In this document: piece after piece, positions 51,260 to 64,000 of the stretch | Position numbering within the stretch: position 1 is the stretch's first letter | Layout of the letters: every line of letters starts with the position of its first letter | Assembly: GCF_001194135.2 (NCBI RefSeq) | Contig: NC_068984.1 | Coordinates: 89,389,641 to 89,453,640, forward strand | DNA length: 64,000 nucleotides | Direction: 5' to 3' | From: Octopus bimaculoides | Taxonomy: Eukaryota | Notes under the pieces: model-generated | What the model saw: the letters and a program-made list of their open reading frames with translations, nothing else | What the model was told of the DNA's origin: nothing | Databases searched by the model: none | Program-made: the position numbers and the translations under genes

Positions 51260-52499
51260 TTATCGTGTGTGTGTGTTTGTGTATAAAACCTCCACGTTAA
51301 TGGGTAATATTACTTCGATACAATGTTTAATGTATGTCTATAAGTATCTTATATAATGTGTTAATATTTAAGCATCGGTGGGCAACTTGTTAGTATTTTA
51401 GTGTATGTGTATCTATCCACACAACACTATTTAAAAATATGTAAAGCCATATTTCAGAACTGACTTTTGAGGAATGTTTGTTTCCATTTTAAGACAGTAG
51501 GGATTGGTTTGAAGATTTCGTTTCTATTGTCAGTAGGCAGAGCGGTTCCCGTGGAGCTCTATTGCTAGTTCACATAGCGGAGTGTTTTCGCCTTTTTTTT
51601 TTGTCGCTATCTTGTTAGTGGTGCCTGCGTAGTTAGAATTTGTATTATTGTTGTAAACTCTTCTTCTCTCACATGTTGTGACTCAGATGTTAGATTTATT
51701 TTCATTGTCGGCTTATTGTTTTCTCTCCACCCCCAGTTTGTCGGTTTATTTCTTTTCTCCCCACATTAAAAAAGTATTCTTTCCATACACAATAGCGAGT
51801 TTGTTTCCCCTCAAATATAGTCGTTTGTGTTGTTTACTACAGACGGTTTTAGGCATTTGAATAACATTTTGCTGTCAAAGCATTTCTTTTATGAATATCC
51901 TGTCATTAAGTTATTTAGTTACTAAAGCTACATATTTCTTAATATAAAATATGATAATCTATTGATTATTATTGATATCATAATTACAGAAGACATCATC
52001 ATTAAATTTAGAGTGGGTGATAACATTATGCCTTGGATGGATTATACTGTTCTTCTACCTATTATTAATATTTTGATTCATTTTCATGTATTTTCTTTTA
52101 TTTATTAGTTTAACTTGGAGGCAGGGGCTTCAGGGAAAATACGTACAGATTTTACCAGAGGGCTAAAGTTCTGAGAAGAGACGATTTAGAGTTCTAAGTG
52201 TAAGTTCTATGGTACTGGTGGTACTGGATGCAATATGGGTGACAAGAGGAAGAGAGATGAATGAGTCGGGATCCCAGAGCAGAGGAAACACGAAATTAGC
52301 TATCTAGGAGGAGCAAATGCCAGTCAGTGGTTGCCCTCGGGCCACTTCTACTCAGAAACTCTCGACTCACTCGTCTCACCTCCTTGCTATATCTAACCTT
52401 TCAGCTCCACAGTAATCACTATGTCCAGAACAGAAAGCACTAATGGCAATACTGAGAAGAAGGTTAATGTAGTTGGGTCGTATATTCAGAATGAGTAAC

Positions 52500-54720
52500 G
52501 GAGGAATGCTTGTCAGGTCTGGGATCTCATTACCAGCCGATGATAGCTGCCACTGGTACTATGTAAACCAGTACTACCTGTCCCATTGTTGAGTGGTCGG
52601 CGACCAAACCAGCTCTCCCACAAGAGTATCTAGCAACTCTTGTGAGGAAGGTGCCTGGATACCCAGCGAGAAGAAGAGCAAGATCAGTCGAAGGGCAGAT
52701 GAGCTCCTTGTGGGCCAACGGCTATTCAGTTGGGGAAGGCAATGGCAATCCACCTCAAGAAAACATGAGAAAGTCAGAACGAAGTAGTGCTATGGCTCAT
52801 TTGATGAGCTTCCTCATGTTGGATGAAGACTCTCAAGATTATGAGAAAGAGTCTTTCTGCAGCAACAGGAACGCTAGTGGTCATAACGAGGTATGCCCAA
52901 AGTCTCACAGAAGGCATACATCTGACAGACACGGAAGTAATGTTGCGCAGAGAATGAAAAATGAACGAATTGTTACATAGAGCGTAAGAATATTTCTTGA
53001 TGTTGGCAAGCTAGACCAACTCACAAAGGAACTTAAACGGATAAACTGTAAAGTCTGTGGAATCGCAGAAACTAGATGGTCAAACAGTGGCTATTTCACA
53101 GTTTTTGGGGATAGGCACACTGTTTTCTAGTCAGGACCAAAAGAACAAGAACAAAAGGGAGTTACAATCATAGTGGACGAGAAAATGAACGAGTCTGTTA
53201 TGGGATATAACCCTGTCAGTGATAGCATCATTAAAATTAGAAAAATGCAAAGCCCCATCCAATATCCATCATACAAATATATGCACTACCTTCTGTCGAG
53301 GGAGAGGAAATGTTTGTTCCATTCTATGAAAAACTACGAAACACAATAGACAAATCACCAAAACAGGGTATTGTAAGCATTATGGGAGACATCAATGCTA
53401 AAGTAGCACAAACATCTCAAATAAAAAAAAGTCATGATATGAAAATAGCAAATGACAGAGGATGAAGACTTTCTGAATTCTGCCACGCAAACAAATTATG
53501 GATTAGCAATGGACTGTTTGAATGTCATACAAGAAGAACATTTACTTGGAGATCTGACGGAATAACAAAGAACAAGATAGATTTCATTCTTGTTCAACAA
53601 AGATGGGAATCAAACATCACAAACTGCAGAACATACCCCGGCGCCGACTGAGACTCTGGACCACCATCTTCTTATGGTTATATGAAACATGCGAATGATA
53701 AATGGCCACATGTGGCGCATCATGTCTAATCTTGGCATTCCGAAACACTTTATTAAGCTCATCAAGCAACTTTACATTCAGTAAAATCCTGCATTTGAGT
53801 TTATAATGAGAATACAGGAAAGTTCAAAAATGGGAAAGAAGTTCGTTAGGGCTGTATTTTTCTCCATGCTTATTCATCATCTATACTGAGTGGATAACGC
53901 GGGAAGCAATACAGGAAGAAGATGGCATCAAAATACATGATTTGCATATTTCTAATCTAAGGCATGCAGACGATACTGCTCTTTTTGACAAGACTGAAGA
54001 AATAAGAAATAATAAATAGAATCGAGAAAGTATTAAATGCTTATGGTCTTCATCTCAACCATAAGAAAACTTAAGTTATGGTAAGTATGAAAAGAGAACA
54101 TAAATATTAACGTCAAATCGCGCTGTAAGGGGCTTGAACATGTTGAATTGTACAAGTATCTTGGAGCCCAAATCTCGGATGAAGCCACATGTAAGAAAGA
54201 AATTAATACGCGGTTAGCCATGACAAGAACATACATGGAAAAGCTTAATAACATCTGGACAAACAAAAGCGTCCCAACTAAGTTAAAAACAAGGTTAGTG
54301 CGAGTACTCATTTAACTAATAGGCATTTATAGTTGTGAAGCATGGACTGCGAACAAATTTGAAGAGAACATAATGAATGCATATGAAACGTTGGTGTAGA
54401 GGAGAATGTTACGAGTTTCTTACAAGGACAAATGAATGAGTGTTACAACAAATAGGTGAAAGACAGCAACTCCTGAACACTGTGAAAAAATAAAAGCTCA
54501 TCTATTATGGCCAATTCGAAGAAGAAGTTTGGAAAATATTATCATGGAAGGAAGAGTAGAGAGCAGTAGATCAAGAGGCAGGCAAAGAACACAATAGATG
54601 GATAATATCAAAAACAGGTTGGACAAAAGGGGAAAGACAGCTGGAGGACTCACACTTAGCTGGGAAGACTTTTGTTGTAGTACCATCGATGCACTGTCGA
54701 CGACGTCAATGGAGGAATGG
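52500..54720 (+). mobile_element. RTE (BovB-like) LINE with 5' UTR, APE and deleted RT
   Basis: 5' motif GGGGAAGGCAATGGCAATCCAC (52732-52753); APE GIAETRW, IMGDINAKV, IDFIL, TYPGAD; RT GIPKHFIKLIKQLY, NLRHADDTAL, YKYLGAQI; start approximate. Confidence 0.85.
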
Positions 54721-55823
54721 AGAAAAAATCTGATTTTGCCAAATGAGAACACGCAAGCATTTGGTGTAACACAGAACAAATGGTTGCGTAGTTGTGCACA
54801 AGGACGAGCGTGGACGAAGGATCTGCAGCATAACACGAGACCAAAGTAAGATTATCATTTTAGGATGGATGATGTTAAGTTTAATTTAGCAGGTGATTAA
54901 GCTTTATAATAAACTGGATTAAAGTTATGAAAAGAAAAAAATTATATAGGGTAATGTAAAAATAATAAAGTGTAATGTATCTGCTTACACAACATAAAGA
55001 AGGAAATTATAAAGAATAAAAATATGAGGTAAGTAAACATTTTCGGAGCTGCACCGCCTTGTGAGTACAAAGAATCATTACACTAGAGATTTAAAGCAGA
55101 AAAACCCGTTACTATAGATGTGGGACTAAGAATTCCCTGAAGTCTTTTTGCCTAGAGGAACTGAAAAATAAGAGAAAGGAGAAGAGAATTCCGAACACCA
55201 GCAGAGCCTGCAATAAACAAAAGCAGCATGACCTAGAAACTACTATTTCCAAATCACTATTTGTCGTAAAGCCATGTCCACGTTAACTTGGTTAAAATAC
55301 ACTGTAATGCAACTTTGGATTGTCTTTGTGGATATATGAAAAGTTAATAGCTTTTAAAGTTTGCAAATTTTGAGTAATTTTAGTCAATCGAAAGCCACAG
55401 ACACATTCGTGCCTGTTTCCATAAGTAATAAGCAAAGCTGTACTCTGCTTAAACCACCACTATGTATATTTTCTTTACCTGTGTATTTTCTTTGGCGAGC
55501 ACCTATTTTCTGGTCCTTTGTACCTCATTTTCTTCATTTTCAGCTTTGTTCTTTTTTTTTGAGAAACGGATATTTTCGGTTGCTGTCCTGCCACTACCTA
55601 ATTTTCATAATTTTGAATTGTGTTTTCTTAGACCTTTTCAACCCAAATACAAGTATGACCGCAGTCTACTCGTTTAGCTTTTCGAGTATGATGGAAAAGA
55701 TGAAAAATGCAGTTCCTTATTTTCAAGAGAAGGGTGTTATTCTTAAAAAGAATTGTGTAAAGAGAGTCTCACCCCCACCTCTATGTTCTCGCCTGTGTAA
55801 TTTCATTAACGATGAGTCAACTC

Positions 55824-55979
55824 TTAACCCTAACCTCTAATCCTAAGCCCTTACTTTAATGCTAAACCTAAAACTTAACCCTAAGCCCCGAATCTAACTA
55901 ACCCTTAATCTTAAACTTCAACCCTAACCCTAACTCTAAACATTGATGCTAATCCTAAACCTTAACACTAACCCCTAAA
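55824..55979 (+). repeat. Degenerate (TAACCC)n-like tract
   Basis: TTAACCCTAACC…CAACCCTAACCCTAAC…CTAACCCCTAA with ~6-nt periodicity. Confidence 0.7.
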
Positions 55980-56894
55980 ATACAGTTCGTTTCTTTTGTA
56001 ATTTTTCCTTTTAAAATTATTTACACGCCTGTTTGACCGCTTCACACGACTTTATTTATTAAAACTTATCTCAACTCCAAAACTTACAACTTTCGTTGTC
56101 GTAATGTTTTACTTTCATTTTGTGATAGACAGCTGTCATGCAAAAGTGCCAGCTTCCAAATCCTCTTTTCTGATTGGGTAATTATCAAAATATAAACTTC
56201 TGCAACGTTTTCCTAATTTGTTTTTCTGAATAAATGAATAACAAAATCGTATTCAGTGTGAAAAATTTCATCAATATACTACATTTGAAAATTTTCATTT
56301 AATTTTAAAATTCTAAAATCTGTCACAGCAACAGAAATTACCTATTCTATGTTTTGTAGCTATATTTAATTGCAATTTCTGTAAATTTTTAACATGTGTA
56401 TATGTATATTTTATAACGTGGTTTCTGTATGTCACAGTGTCGTGCACTAATTACAGTGATATTCAATACCACGAAACAGGGTAAGGCACCAACCGTCTCC
56501 ACTTGATATATTCCATATTCCTAAATACTCTTCCAATAACTGTAACCAATCCAAAACAACTCTCAACGAACTATAACAACTCAAAAATTTCTTGCAACTC
56601 CACGAACCCATGACTGACACCTTTCGATTTCCTGCGATTTCTCATCTCTCACTCACAGTCAAACACGCTGCAACTTGTTTTTATATAAATGTTATAATCA
56701 ATCAATCGAATGAAGCGATTGTTGCCGAGCTGGCAGAAATGTTACAGCTCCGGAACTATTCTCCTTGGAAAATTCCTCTTCTTATAGGTATAGGGCAAGT
56801 TTTAATGACTTATGATTCATTTTTCAGTGTTATACTGGTTTTCCAATTTGCCATTGTATGGTTGATATATTTTAGTAGTGTTAGACTACTTTAT

Positions 56895-57261
56895 TCGTGT
56901 GGAACACTTTCGAATGCTTTCTGGTAATCAATCCAAGTCATGTTGAAGTTGATCTTTCGCTTCTTACAGTCCTCTGTAATGGCTCGATTTACCAGTAGTT
57001 GCTCCTTACAACCACACCCCAACCACATTCCAATTGTTTTGGTAAAACGTTGTTTTCCAGGTGTATTATAAACCGGTTATAGATGACTGATGTGAAGGTT
57101 TTGTAGGCTGTTGAGAGGCATGATATTGGCCAATAAGTTTTGTGAGTATATGGTGTCTTTGTATTTTTGGGGGAATTAGGGCGGTTTGTCCTTCCGGCAT
57201 CCAGTTTGGAGTTTATTCTGGTTTGCTTATTAATAGATTAAATGTTGCCGCTATGTGAGTA

Positions 57262-57263
<2 letters not shown>
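56895..57263 (-). mobile_element. R4/Dong-like LINE copy F, RT fragment starting at (TAA)n
   Basis: TPNWMPEGQTALIP…PISCLSTAYK…GCKEQLLVNRAITEDCKKRKINFNMTWIDYQKAFESVPH. Confidence 0.85.
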
Positions 57264-57342
<79 letters not shown>

Positions 57343-57401
57343 TATTATTATTATTATCATTATCATCATTATTATTATTATTATTATTATTATCATTATC
57401 A

Positions 57402-57433
<32 letters not shown>
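57264..57433. repeat. (TTA)n microsatellite with ATC variants
   Basis: Direct reading. Confidence 0.95.
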
Positions 57434-57436
<3 letters not shown>

Positions 57437-57657
57437 CTTGCGAGAGATGGACGTATATTTCGGAGCTCCGTAAGGGCGTGCCTTGTTTACCTCTAAAAAG
57501 ATTGTTATTGTTACATTTTATTGTTATAACTTATAACTTAGATAATCTAGACCATATTGGTCTGATAAACTGTGTTATTATTATTTTTTTTTTGCTTTAC
57601 GGGCAAAAATCACTCGAAAAGAAAATTAATTTTCCTTTCAAAATTTGCAAAACTTAA

Positions 57658-58900
57658 TATGGCGTCGTCGTATTTATCAGCAAGTCAACACAAGAGGGAA
57701 GTGGGAGAAGATGTTGAACGCGAAATTGACTTTCGCCGTCACTGGCCCCCACTCACACTAGATGTATATGATAGTAGCAGGAGGAGTAGCAACAACAATG
57801 ACAACAACAACAACAACCACAATGGGAGTGTCAGGAGTAACGAGAATTCCATCAAGGAAGCACGAAATATAACTAGCAGCAGCCAATTGTGCAAGGAAAA
57901 TATCACCACAAACTCATTGCATCCTTGAAAGAAAAGCCATACCCAGAGCGCTTGGCTGCACTAAACTTGCCTAGTCTCGAACATCGCCGTCTCAGTGGGG
58001 ATATGATCAACATGTATAAGTATACGCACGGTCTGTACCTGACCAACCACTCCTAATTCAACGACTTCCAAGGCAGAAATACGAGGGAACACAGCCTGAA
58101 ATTGGAAAGATCACACTGCAGGCTCAAGATTAGAAGCTGCTTTTTCATACAGTGTGTGACCGCCACCTGGAACAGTCTGCCAAACAGTATGGTTGCAGCT
58201 CTGTCAGTCAATGCCTTTAAGAACAAGCTTGATGCACACTGGAGGGAGCTTCCTGCAAAATTTGACCCTGTCTGTTACTTAGCTACAACTGTCGAAGTTT
58301 TTCACACATGAAAAATTAATTGTACTAATGGAAAAGAACCTGTGCACAAGCTCCTAGGAGCTTCAGCACGGAAACCATCCAGTATTCCAGTAAAGAAAAC
58401 TGAGAGGATTATGTGCCTCAAAAACCTGCTAGAGACAAGTGATAAAAAAAAAGAAAAACAATCATGTACAGATGTCTGTCCATGAAAAGAAGCAGACTGG
58501 AAAAAATACCGCCAGACCAAGCCGAAAAATATATGGGGGGGGGGGATGTCAGCTTTGTCTGCCACGCCCCAAAGTTTGGCTACATCAAGGTCATATTCCA
58601 GTCGGAACCACTAGCACAAAAACACTCAACAGTCCCATTAAAAACGGATGAGTTCACTTTAATTCTCATCTATCTAGGACAGACAGCTATAAGAAATTTG
58701 ACGGCGAGGTAGTAAGAATGACTACCAAATTCAAAGGGGACGATGAACAAAAGCTCGAGAACTTGGCTAATATAATCTATCAGAAAATAGAGAAAAAATT
58801 TGAACTTGAAACAGGGAATGGAGACAAAGCCAGCTTCTATATATGGCTGAAACGAGAAGATCCAAAATGGCTTGAAAGCTATAACATGCCGACTGGGAAA
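57658..58900 (+). mobile_element. ORF1 remnant of the same Tx1-like family, interrupted by CR1
   Basis: MASS… start; FGYIKVIFQSEPLAQKHSTVPLKTDEFTLILIYLG aligns with FGTVEVRFPSEQLAKENSTTTLKTEELHMIPTYL of the ORF1 near 33870-33980. Confidence 0.65.
57903..58290 (+). mobile_element. CR1 LINE 3' fragment
   Basis: TKLIASLKEKPYPERLAALNLPSLEHRRLSGDMINMYK…TREHSLKL…FF…VTATWNSLP…FKNKLD. Confidence 0.9.
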
Positions 58901-59449
58901 TAGCGTCGCTATGTGAGGCTGGCTAACACTTAAGCAGCATCGNNNNNNNNNNNNNNNNNNNNNNNNNNNNNNNNNNNNNNNNNNNNNNNNNNNNNNNNNN
59001 NNNNNNNNNNNNNNNNNNNNNNNNNNNNNNNNNNNNNNNNNNNNNNNNNNNNNNNNNNNNNNNNNNNNNNNNNNNNNNNNNNNNNNNNNNNNNNNNNNNN
59101 NNNNNNNNNNNNNNNNNNNNNNNNNNNNNNNNNNNNNNNNNNNNNNNNNNNNNNNNNNNNNNNNNNNNNNNNNNNNNNNNNNNNNNNNNNNNNNNNNNNN
59201 NNNNNNNNNNNNNNNNNNNNNNNNNNNNNNNNNNNNNNNNNNNNNNNNNNNNNNNNNNNNNNNNNNNNNNNNNNNNNNNNNNNNNNNNNNNNNNCAGTGC
59301 CTAAGACACCTCCGAAAGAGGGGGCCCTGCCATGTCGAAAACGGTAGAGGAGTAGGGGCCGAAACTGGACGTAGTTCCTCCTGATGATGTCTTTGTCCAC
59401 TGGATCCTATAAAGGAACTGCTGAGGTAGCGAACCGCGAAGTGTGGCTG

Positions 59450-60709
59450 GAATTCCATGTCCTTTTTGTACTTCCTTTGTTTTTCATTTTTTCTCTGCTT
59501 TCAATACTCCCTCGTTCCTAATTATCATAGCAAGGTTTCCCTACTTTGGGCTAGGTATCTCATTAAGCTCTCGAGTTCGATACGCACACAGTCTTCTACA
59601 CTTATCAGTACCCTTCCTTCATTCGCTTTCTTCATGTATAGGCGATCAGTGTCTGCACGTGGATGATGTCACGTGGATGATGTCATGCATCGTTAGGAGC
59701 TTTCTTGACTTCCTGTTTATCTCCTTTAGCTCCTCCTCTGTCCACTTCAGGATTCCAGCGCCATACCGAACTACTGCGACTGCGTGCGAGTTTATTGCCG
59801 GAATTATGTTTCTGGCATTCAGCTTTGAAGCCAATATTTTTCTCGCTGCAGGTACTCTCTTTTTGTCTTTTCCTTCATGCTATTGCGTTTGATTCCATCT
59901 ACCTCAAGTATTTCCAGTTATTTATCGTTGGTTTGAGGTTGACTTCCCTTCATCCTTCCACTACTTGGCAACCATATGCCTTCTGTCATAACAAGTTTTC
60001 CTCGTCTCATTTTGTAATGTTCGTTTTCCATTACTCCCTCTGGCTTGTGTTCATACCATTGTTCGGCTCTCTCGAGATTTGCTTTACCGCACAACAGCCA
60101 GTGGACATATCTGGATACGTTGTCGTGTTTCCTTTTGTATTCGCGTTGTGCGAACTTACAGCACTCACAATATGGCTTACACTTTCTCCCTTCTTAGAGT
60201 ACAACCTACACTGTGGCGAGTAAGTGCTTTTATCAATGTGATATTTGGAGTTATTTTTTCTGAGAGCTTGTCCTCGAGCGCTGCACACTAATGCCTCAGT
60301 GGGCCCTTTTAAGTCTCCTTTCTGCAGCCATTGCCAGGTTCTATTCCAATCAGTCTCATCTTTATTCTTCAAGAACTGACTGTGCATTTTCTTGTCCTGC
60401 CAAATTTTCATCTGCTCTCTCTGGTCTTTCTTAAATTGTGTTGGATCTACGGCTTCGTTTACTTTTAAGGTTCCCTGCATCTTCACTACCTCAATCATTT
60501 CTTTACTCCCTTTGACATACCAAGCCAGGCTATTCTCATCTTCCCTTACACAACCTTCACACCACATCAATCTCCACCCTTCTTCTTTCCTCTTTACGTA
60601 CAACCTTGGCACACCACTCTTGAGGTGTAGTTCCTTGTTCATTGTCATTAATTTACGTGTTCTCCGGTCTATCTCTTGTAATTCCATTCATCATCTAAGA
60701 TACTATTCC
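59450..60709 (-). mobile_element. R4/Dong-like LINE copy E, fusion of two segments, starting at (TAA)n
   Basis: ELQEIDRRTRKLMTM…KGPTEALVCSA…CRLYS…HIVS (60709-60005) followed by RRGKLV…KYLE…SKLNARNIIPAINSHAVAVVRYGAGILKW (60005-59450). Confidence 0.85.
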
Positions 60710-60762
<53 letters not shown>

Positions 60763-60763
60763 A

Positions 60764-60810
<47 letters not shown>
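60710..60810. repeat. (TTA)n microsatellite
   Basis: Direct reading. Confidence 0.95.
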
Positions 60811-60812
<2 letters not shown>

Positions 60813-61165
60813 GGCAGTGGGCTTGCAGAAACATTAGCATGCCGAGCAAAATGCTTAGCGGCATTTCTTCTGACTTTATGTTCTAAGTTCAAATTCAGCC
60901 GAGGTCGACTCTACCTTTCATCCTTTTAGACTCAATAAAATAAATATTAGTCAAGTGCTGAGGTCGTTGTAATTTCACGCCTTGTGTCTATATAAGAAAC
61001 CATTAGAAAGGGCGGTGAGCTGGCAGAATCACTGGCATGCTGGACAGAATGCTTAACATTATTTCATCTGTCTTTCGGGGTCGATAAAGAAAGTACCAGT
61101 TGAACACTGAGGTCAATGTAATCAACTAGTCCCCTCCCCACAAATTTTAGGCCTTGTACCTAGTG
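60811..61165 (+). mobile_element. Two consecutive SINE family 2 copies (60811-61000, 61011-61165)
   Basis: Heads GGCAGTGGGCTTGCAG and GGCGGTGAGCTGGCAG; shared TAAGTACCAG-like core. Confidence 0.8.
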
Positions 61166-62799
61166 CATACAAAAAACTTTGGAGAATTTAGTAGGCTTGC
61201 TTATTACAGGGTTCGGACGATAAAAACAAAATTAAACTTTAGACAAATATATTTCTCTCTGTGAATATGAATGTATAAAATGGCAATGAGAAATAGCAGC
61301 CACGCCTCTAAAAGAAAATATTAAAAACTCAAGAATACCACACACAGCATAAAGAACGAAACTGAACAAGAAAATATTGTATGCCAAAAGACACGTTTTT
61401 AAAAGAACGAATATTAATAAATTTCTATAAACAATTTCACTTACAGGAAAAATTCTAACAATTTTTTCAGCAACATTAACACTATTCAGACTCATACAGC
61501 AAATGAAAGCATAAATAAAATATGTATTTCACTGTGGCGGTTTTGCTTATTGCCAGAGCAACAAGAAAGATAAATGATTAAATTTAAGGGAAGTGGGGGT
61601 GGGGTGGGGTGGGGAAGAAAAAACACTTCCCTGAAATCTATAAAAAAATGTGTCGAGACAATATCTCTTTGTCTGAGGAGAATATTCAAAAAGTGCAAGG
61701 ATGAAGGTTACGCTATAACGCATACAGAAGAATATGAAGGTATTCAGTGAATCTCAGAGTAGAAACCCTAATCGATGTGTTGGGAGAGTTACTCGTTTAC
61801 AAGGCCAATAGGATTGACTTCCTCATGTTTAGGACCAAAGATACTGTGAGATACTGTGAGGAAGTAAACGGGATTTGTGAGGTATACATCTACTATATTG
61901 TTGTGCGCCAATATTCACGAAATATAAAAATGATGTTCAAGGTTCAACTGCCTCTGGGTTGTTGTTAACTTTATATCGTAACATGAGTGAGTGACGAGTG
62001 AAGAAATGAGGGAAGGAGATATGTAATCAGAAAGCATTCACAACAGACTTACAGGTACTAATGACCACAGAAAATGACAGAGCTATATCGAGGCTGTGCT
62101 CGGTTAAGAGAGCGGACACGTAGGACATGATACAGAGCAAAAAGCCAATTTAATATAACTGTAGTTATAATAATTTGAGAGTTTTCGTTCAGGAAAACTG
62201 GAGAAGTAGAAAAGTGAATATGAAGGTGAGCTGAAAGTCCTGGCTTCCGGAGCAGCCCCAATAACTCCGCCAGTTGCACCACCGATGGCAGCTTCGGTGG
62301 CTACTATAAAATCCGTCTCAGCTTCAATACTATAAACGAATGACACTGAGGTTCCTTCTTCAGCACCACTACCGATCTTATGGTAATCAAGAAAAAATGG
62401 AGAATGAGAGAAAAGAACAAACTGTCTGGAAGCTCACCAAAGGCAAAAAATCAAAACACACAAAGAACAATTTGGAAAAGACATAGTGTTGACATGCGAA
62501 GAGAAGAGATCCCATTATGTGGAATATACCAGAAACACTTGCTCGTAAAGATAACCTTTTGTTGTTAACAACTTAAACCGTAGCCTAGATGTGAGCCCTT
62601 CATTACTCGCTTCAACACCCAAAGTGTATTGATATAGGGATGAGCTCTGGTAGTAACAGACGTTATTTTTGATATTAATGTTCTTTTCTCGCCAACAGCC
62701 AAATTGTTAATTCTGGTACACTTATTAACTTCTATCAATTGCCAGTGAGCACTGGTAAAGTCGAATCCCAGATGTTGTGCAATTGCATGCAGTCACCAA

Positions 62800-63400
62800 T
62801 ATGTTGATGTGTTCTTGTCGGTTATATTGGACTATGCACGCGATCCTATTATTTTTTCCTCTTTTCGTCTGATCTATTCTGTTATTTTATAGTGTTGATT
62901 GTTTTTCTTCCTAAAAACATTTTAATTTCTTTGGATTCACTAATATTTTATTTTTCCTTAACTTGCCTGTAGAACCTTTTGGTTAAATGTTCTTTTGATT
63001 TCAGAGAGCCTTCTTTTATGTTGATATACATATTATTCGTATCCTTTTTCTTTATTATATTAGATTCTTCCTTTCCTGTTTAGCTCAGTATAGGTGGGCC
63101 TTCTTTTTTTTTCTCAATTCTGAGTATTTCATTTTGTCCTGTGTTTTTTTTTTATCTGGGCTTTGGTTAAGTGTCTAATTCTGTTAGAATCAAACCCGAT
63201 TTCTCTCAATCTACCAAAATTTCGGAGTAGATTCGCTCATTCATTCTGTCAAAATCCAGTTAGTTTGTTGAACAGAATTTCTTGCTAAATCTCACATTAA
63301 TCCCTTTTTTTTTAGTAAAGCAGCTTCTTCATTTGTAACTTTGATAGATGTACATTAATAGATATATATTGATTTCATAACGACATTTTCTATTTTGTTT
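62800..63400 (-). mobile_element. Possible decayed Penelope-like N-terminal/RT-entry remnant
   Basis: KVTNEEAALLKKKG (cf. PLE L..EE..LL.KGLNF); otherwise heavily decayed. Confidence 0.3.
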
Positions 63401-64000
63401 ATTGTTTATTGTTTCTGTTAGGACTTCTCTTTTGTTAATTACAACGGCTCTGTTGTAATACTTCTGCTTGTTGCTAGGTGCGTGTGTATGTGTCAAGGGT
63501 AATACTTTTGTTGTGGTTGACTGTTTTTGTGAGTTTAAGCTGTTTTGAATTTCAAGTCATCTTTCTCTTTGTCATTTATTTACTTTGCTGATCGCTGGTC
63601 TCTGCTGTTTTCACTCTGTTTTGAGTTGTCACTTATATGTGGTCGTCTCTGATATGTTACTTTCTTTCATTTGTGGGATCTTATGTTTTGTATGTGGTGC
63701 TTCTGTTGTGATATTTTCATTTGGATATGGTTTGGTCATATTTTAAGTGTAGAAAGATTGTTTTATTTTCGATATGTATCTTGTCTATAAGTTAAATAAT
63801 TTCAAGTTTTATGATCATGTGATTGTTTATTATAAATCTATAAATTTGCAAACATGCCTTTTATAATGCTCGTGTGTGTTGGATATAGTGTTGTTGTGCA
63901 ATAGAGATTTAACGCTTCATTATATAACGTTTACTGGTGCAGTGTTTTCTTTTAATTTTGTTTTTACGTTGGATGCTTATGTTAAGAAACTGGCATTTTC

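Noticed and set aside
59355-59392. Hammerhead-like cores CCGAAAC…GT(A/T) and CTGATGA within 30 nt in a GC-rich, hairpin-rich segment
   Set aside because: The order implies a type II fold, but there is no room for helix I and the G10.1-C11.1 pair is missing; may be a decayed relic, worth a covariance search only

Overview
AT-rich eukaryotic, repeat-saturated DNA with 12 assembly gaps (N runs). The SINE families, microsatellite load and LINE spectrum suggest an octopod cephalopod (Octopus-like); this is an inference. I find no intact host gene, rRNA, tRNA gene or CRISPR array. The window is a mosaic of decayed mobile elements: six R4/Dong-like restriction-endonuclease LINE pieces, three L1-Tx1-like pieces, RTE, RTE-X, CR1, Penelope-like RT, a non-autonomous-looking LTR element with a tRNA-Trp PBS, hAT, mariner, maT-like Tc1/mariner, a Helitron helicase remnant, several MITE/foldback elements and two tRNA-derived SINE families. 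There is also a histone H2A pseudogene split in two by a mariner. The most unusual observation is a 62-bp highly structured tandem repeat present as two arrays in opposite orientation. One array is demonstrably an insertion into an RTE-X reading frame, flanked by a 14-bp direct repeat. Both arrays terminate at the same GTC register with host microhomology, suggesting a mobile tandem repeat with a defined end. A second theme is microsatellite-associated LINE junctions at (TAA)n, (TACA)n and (ATY)n. Coordinates of decayed elements are approximate (tens of bp).
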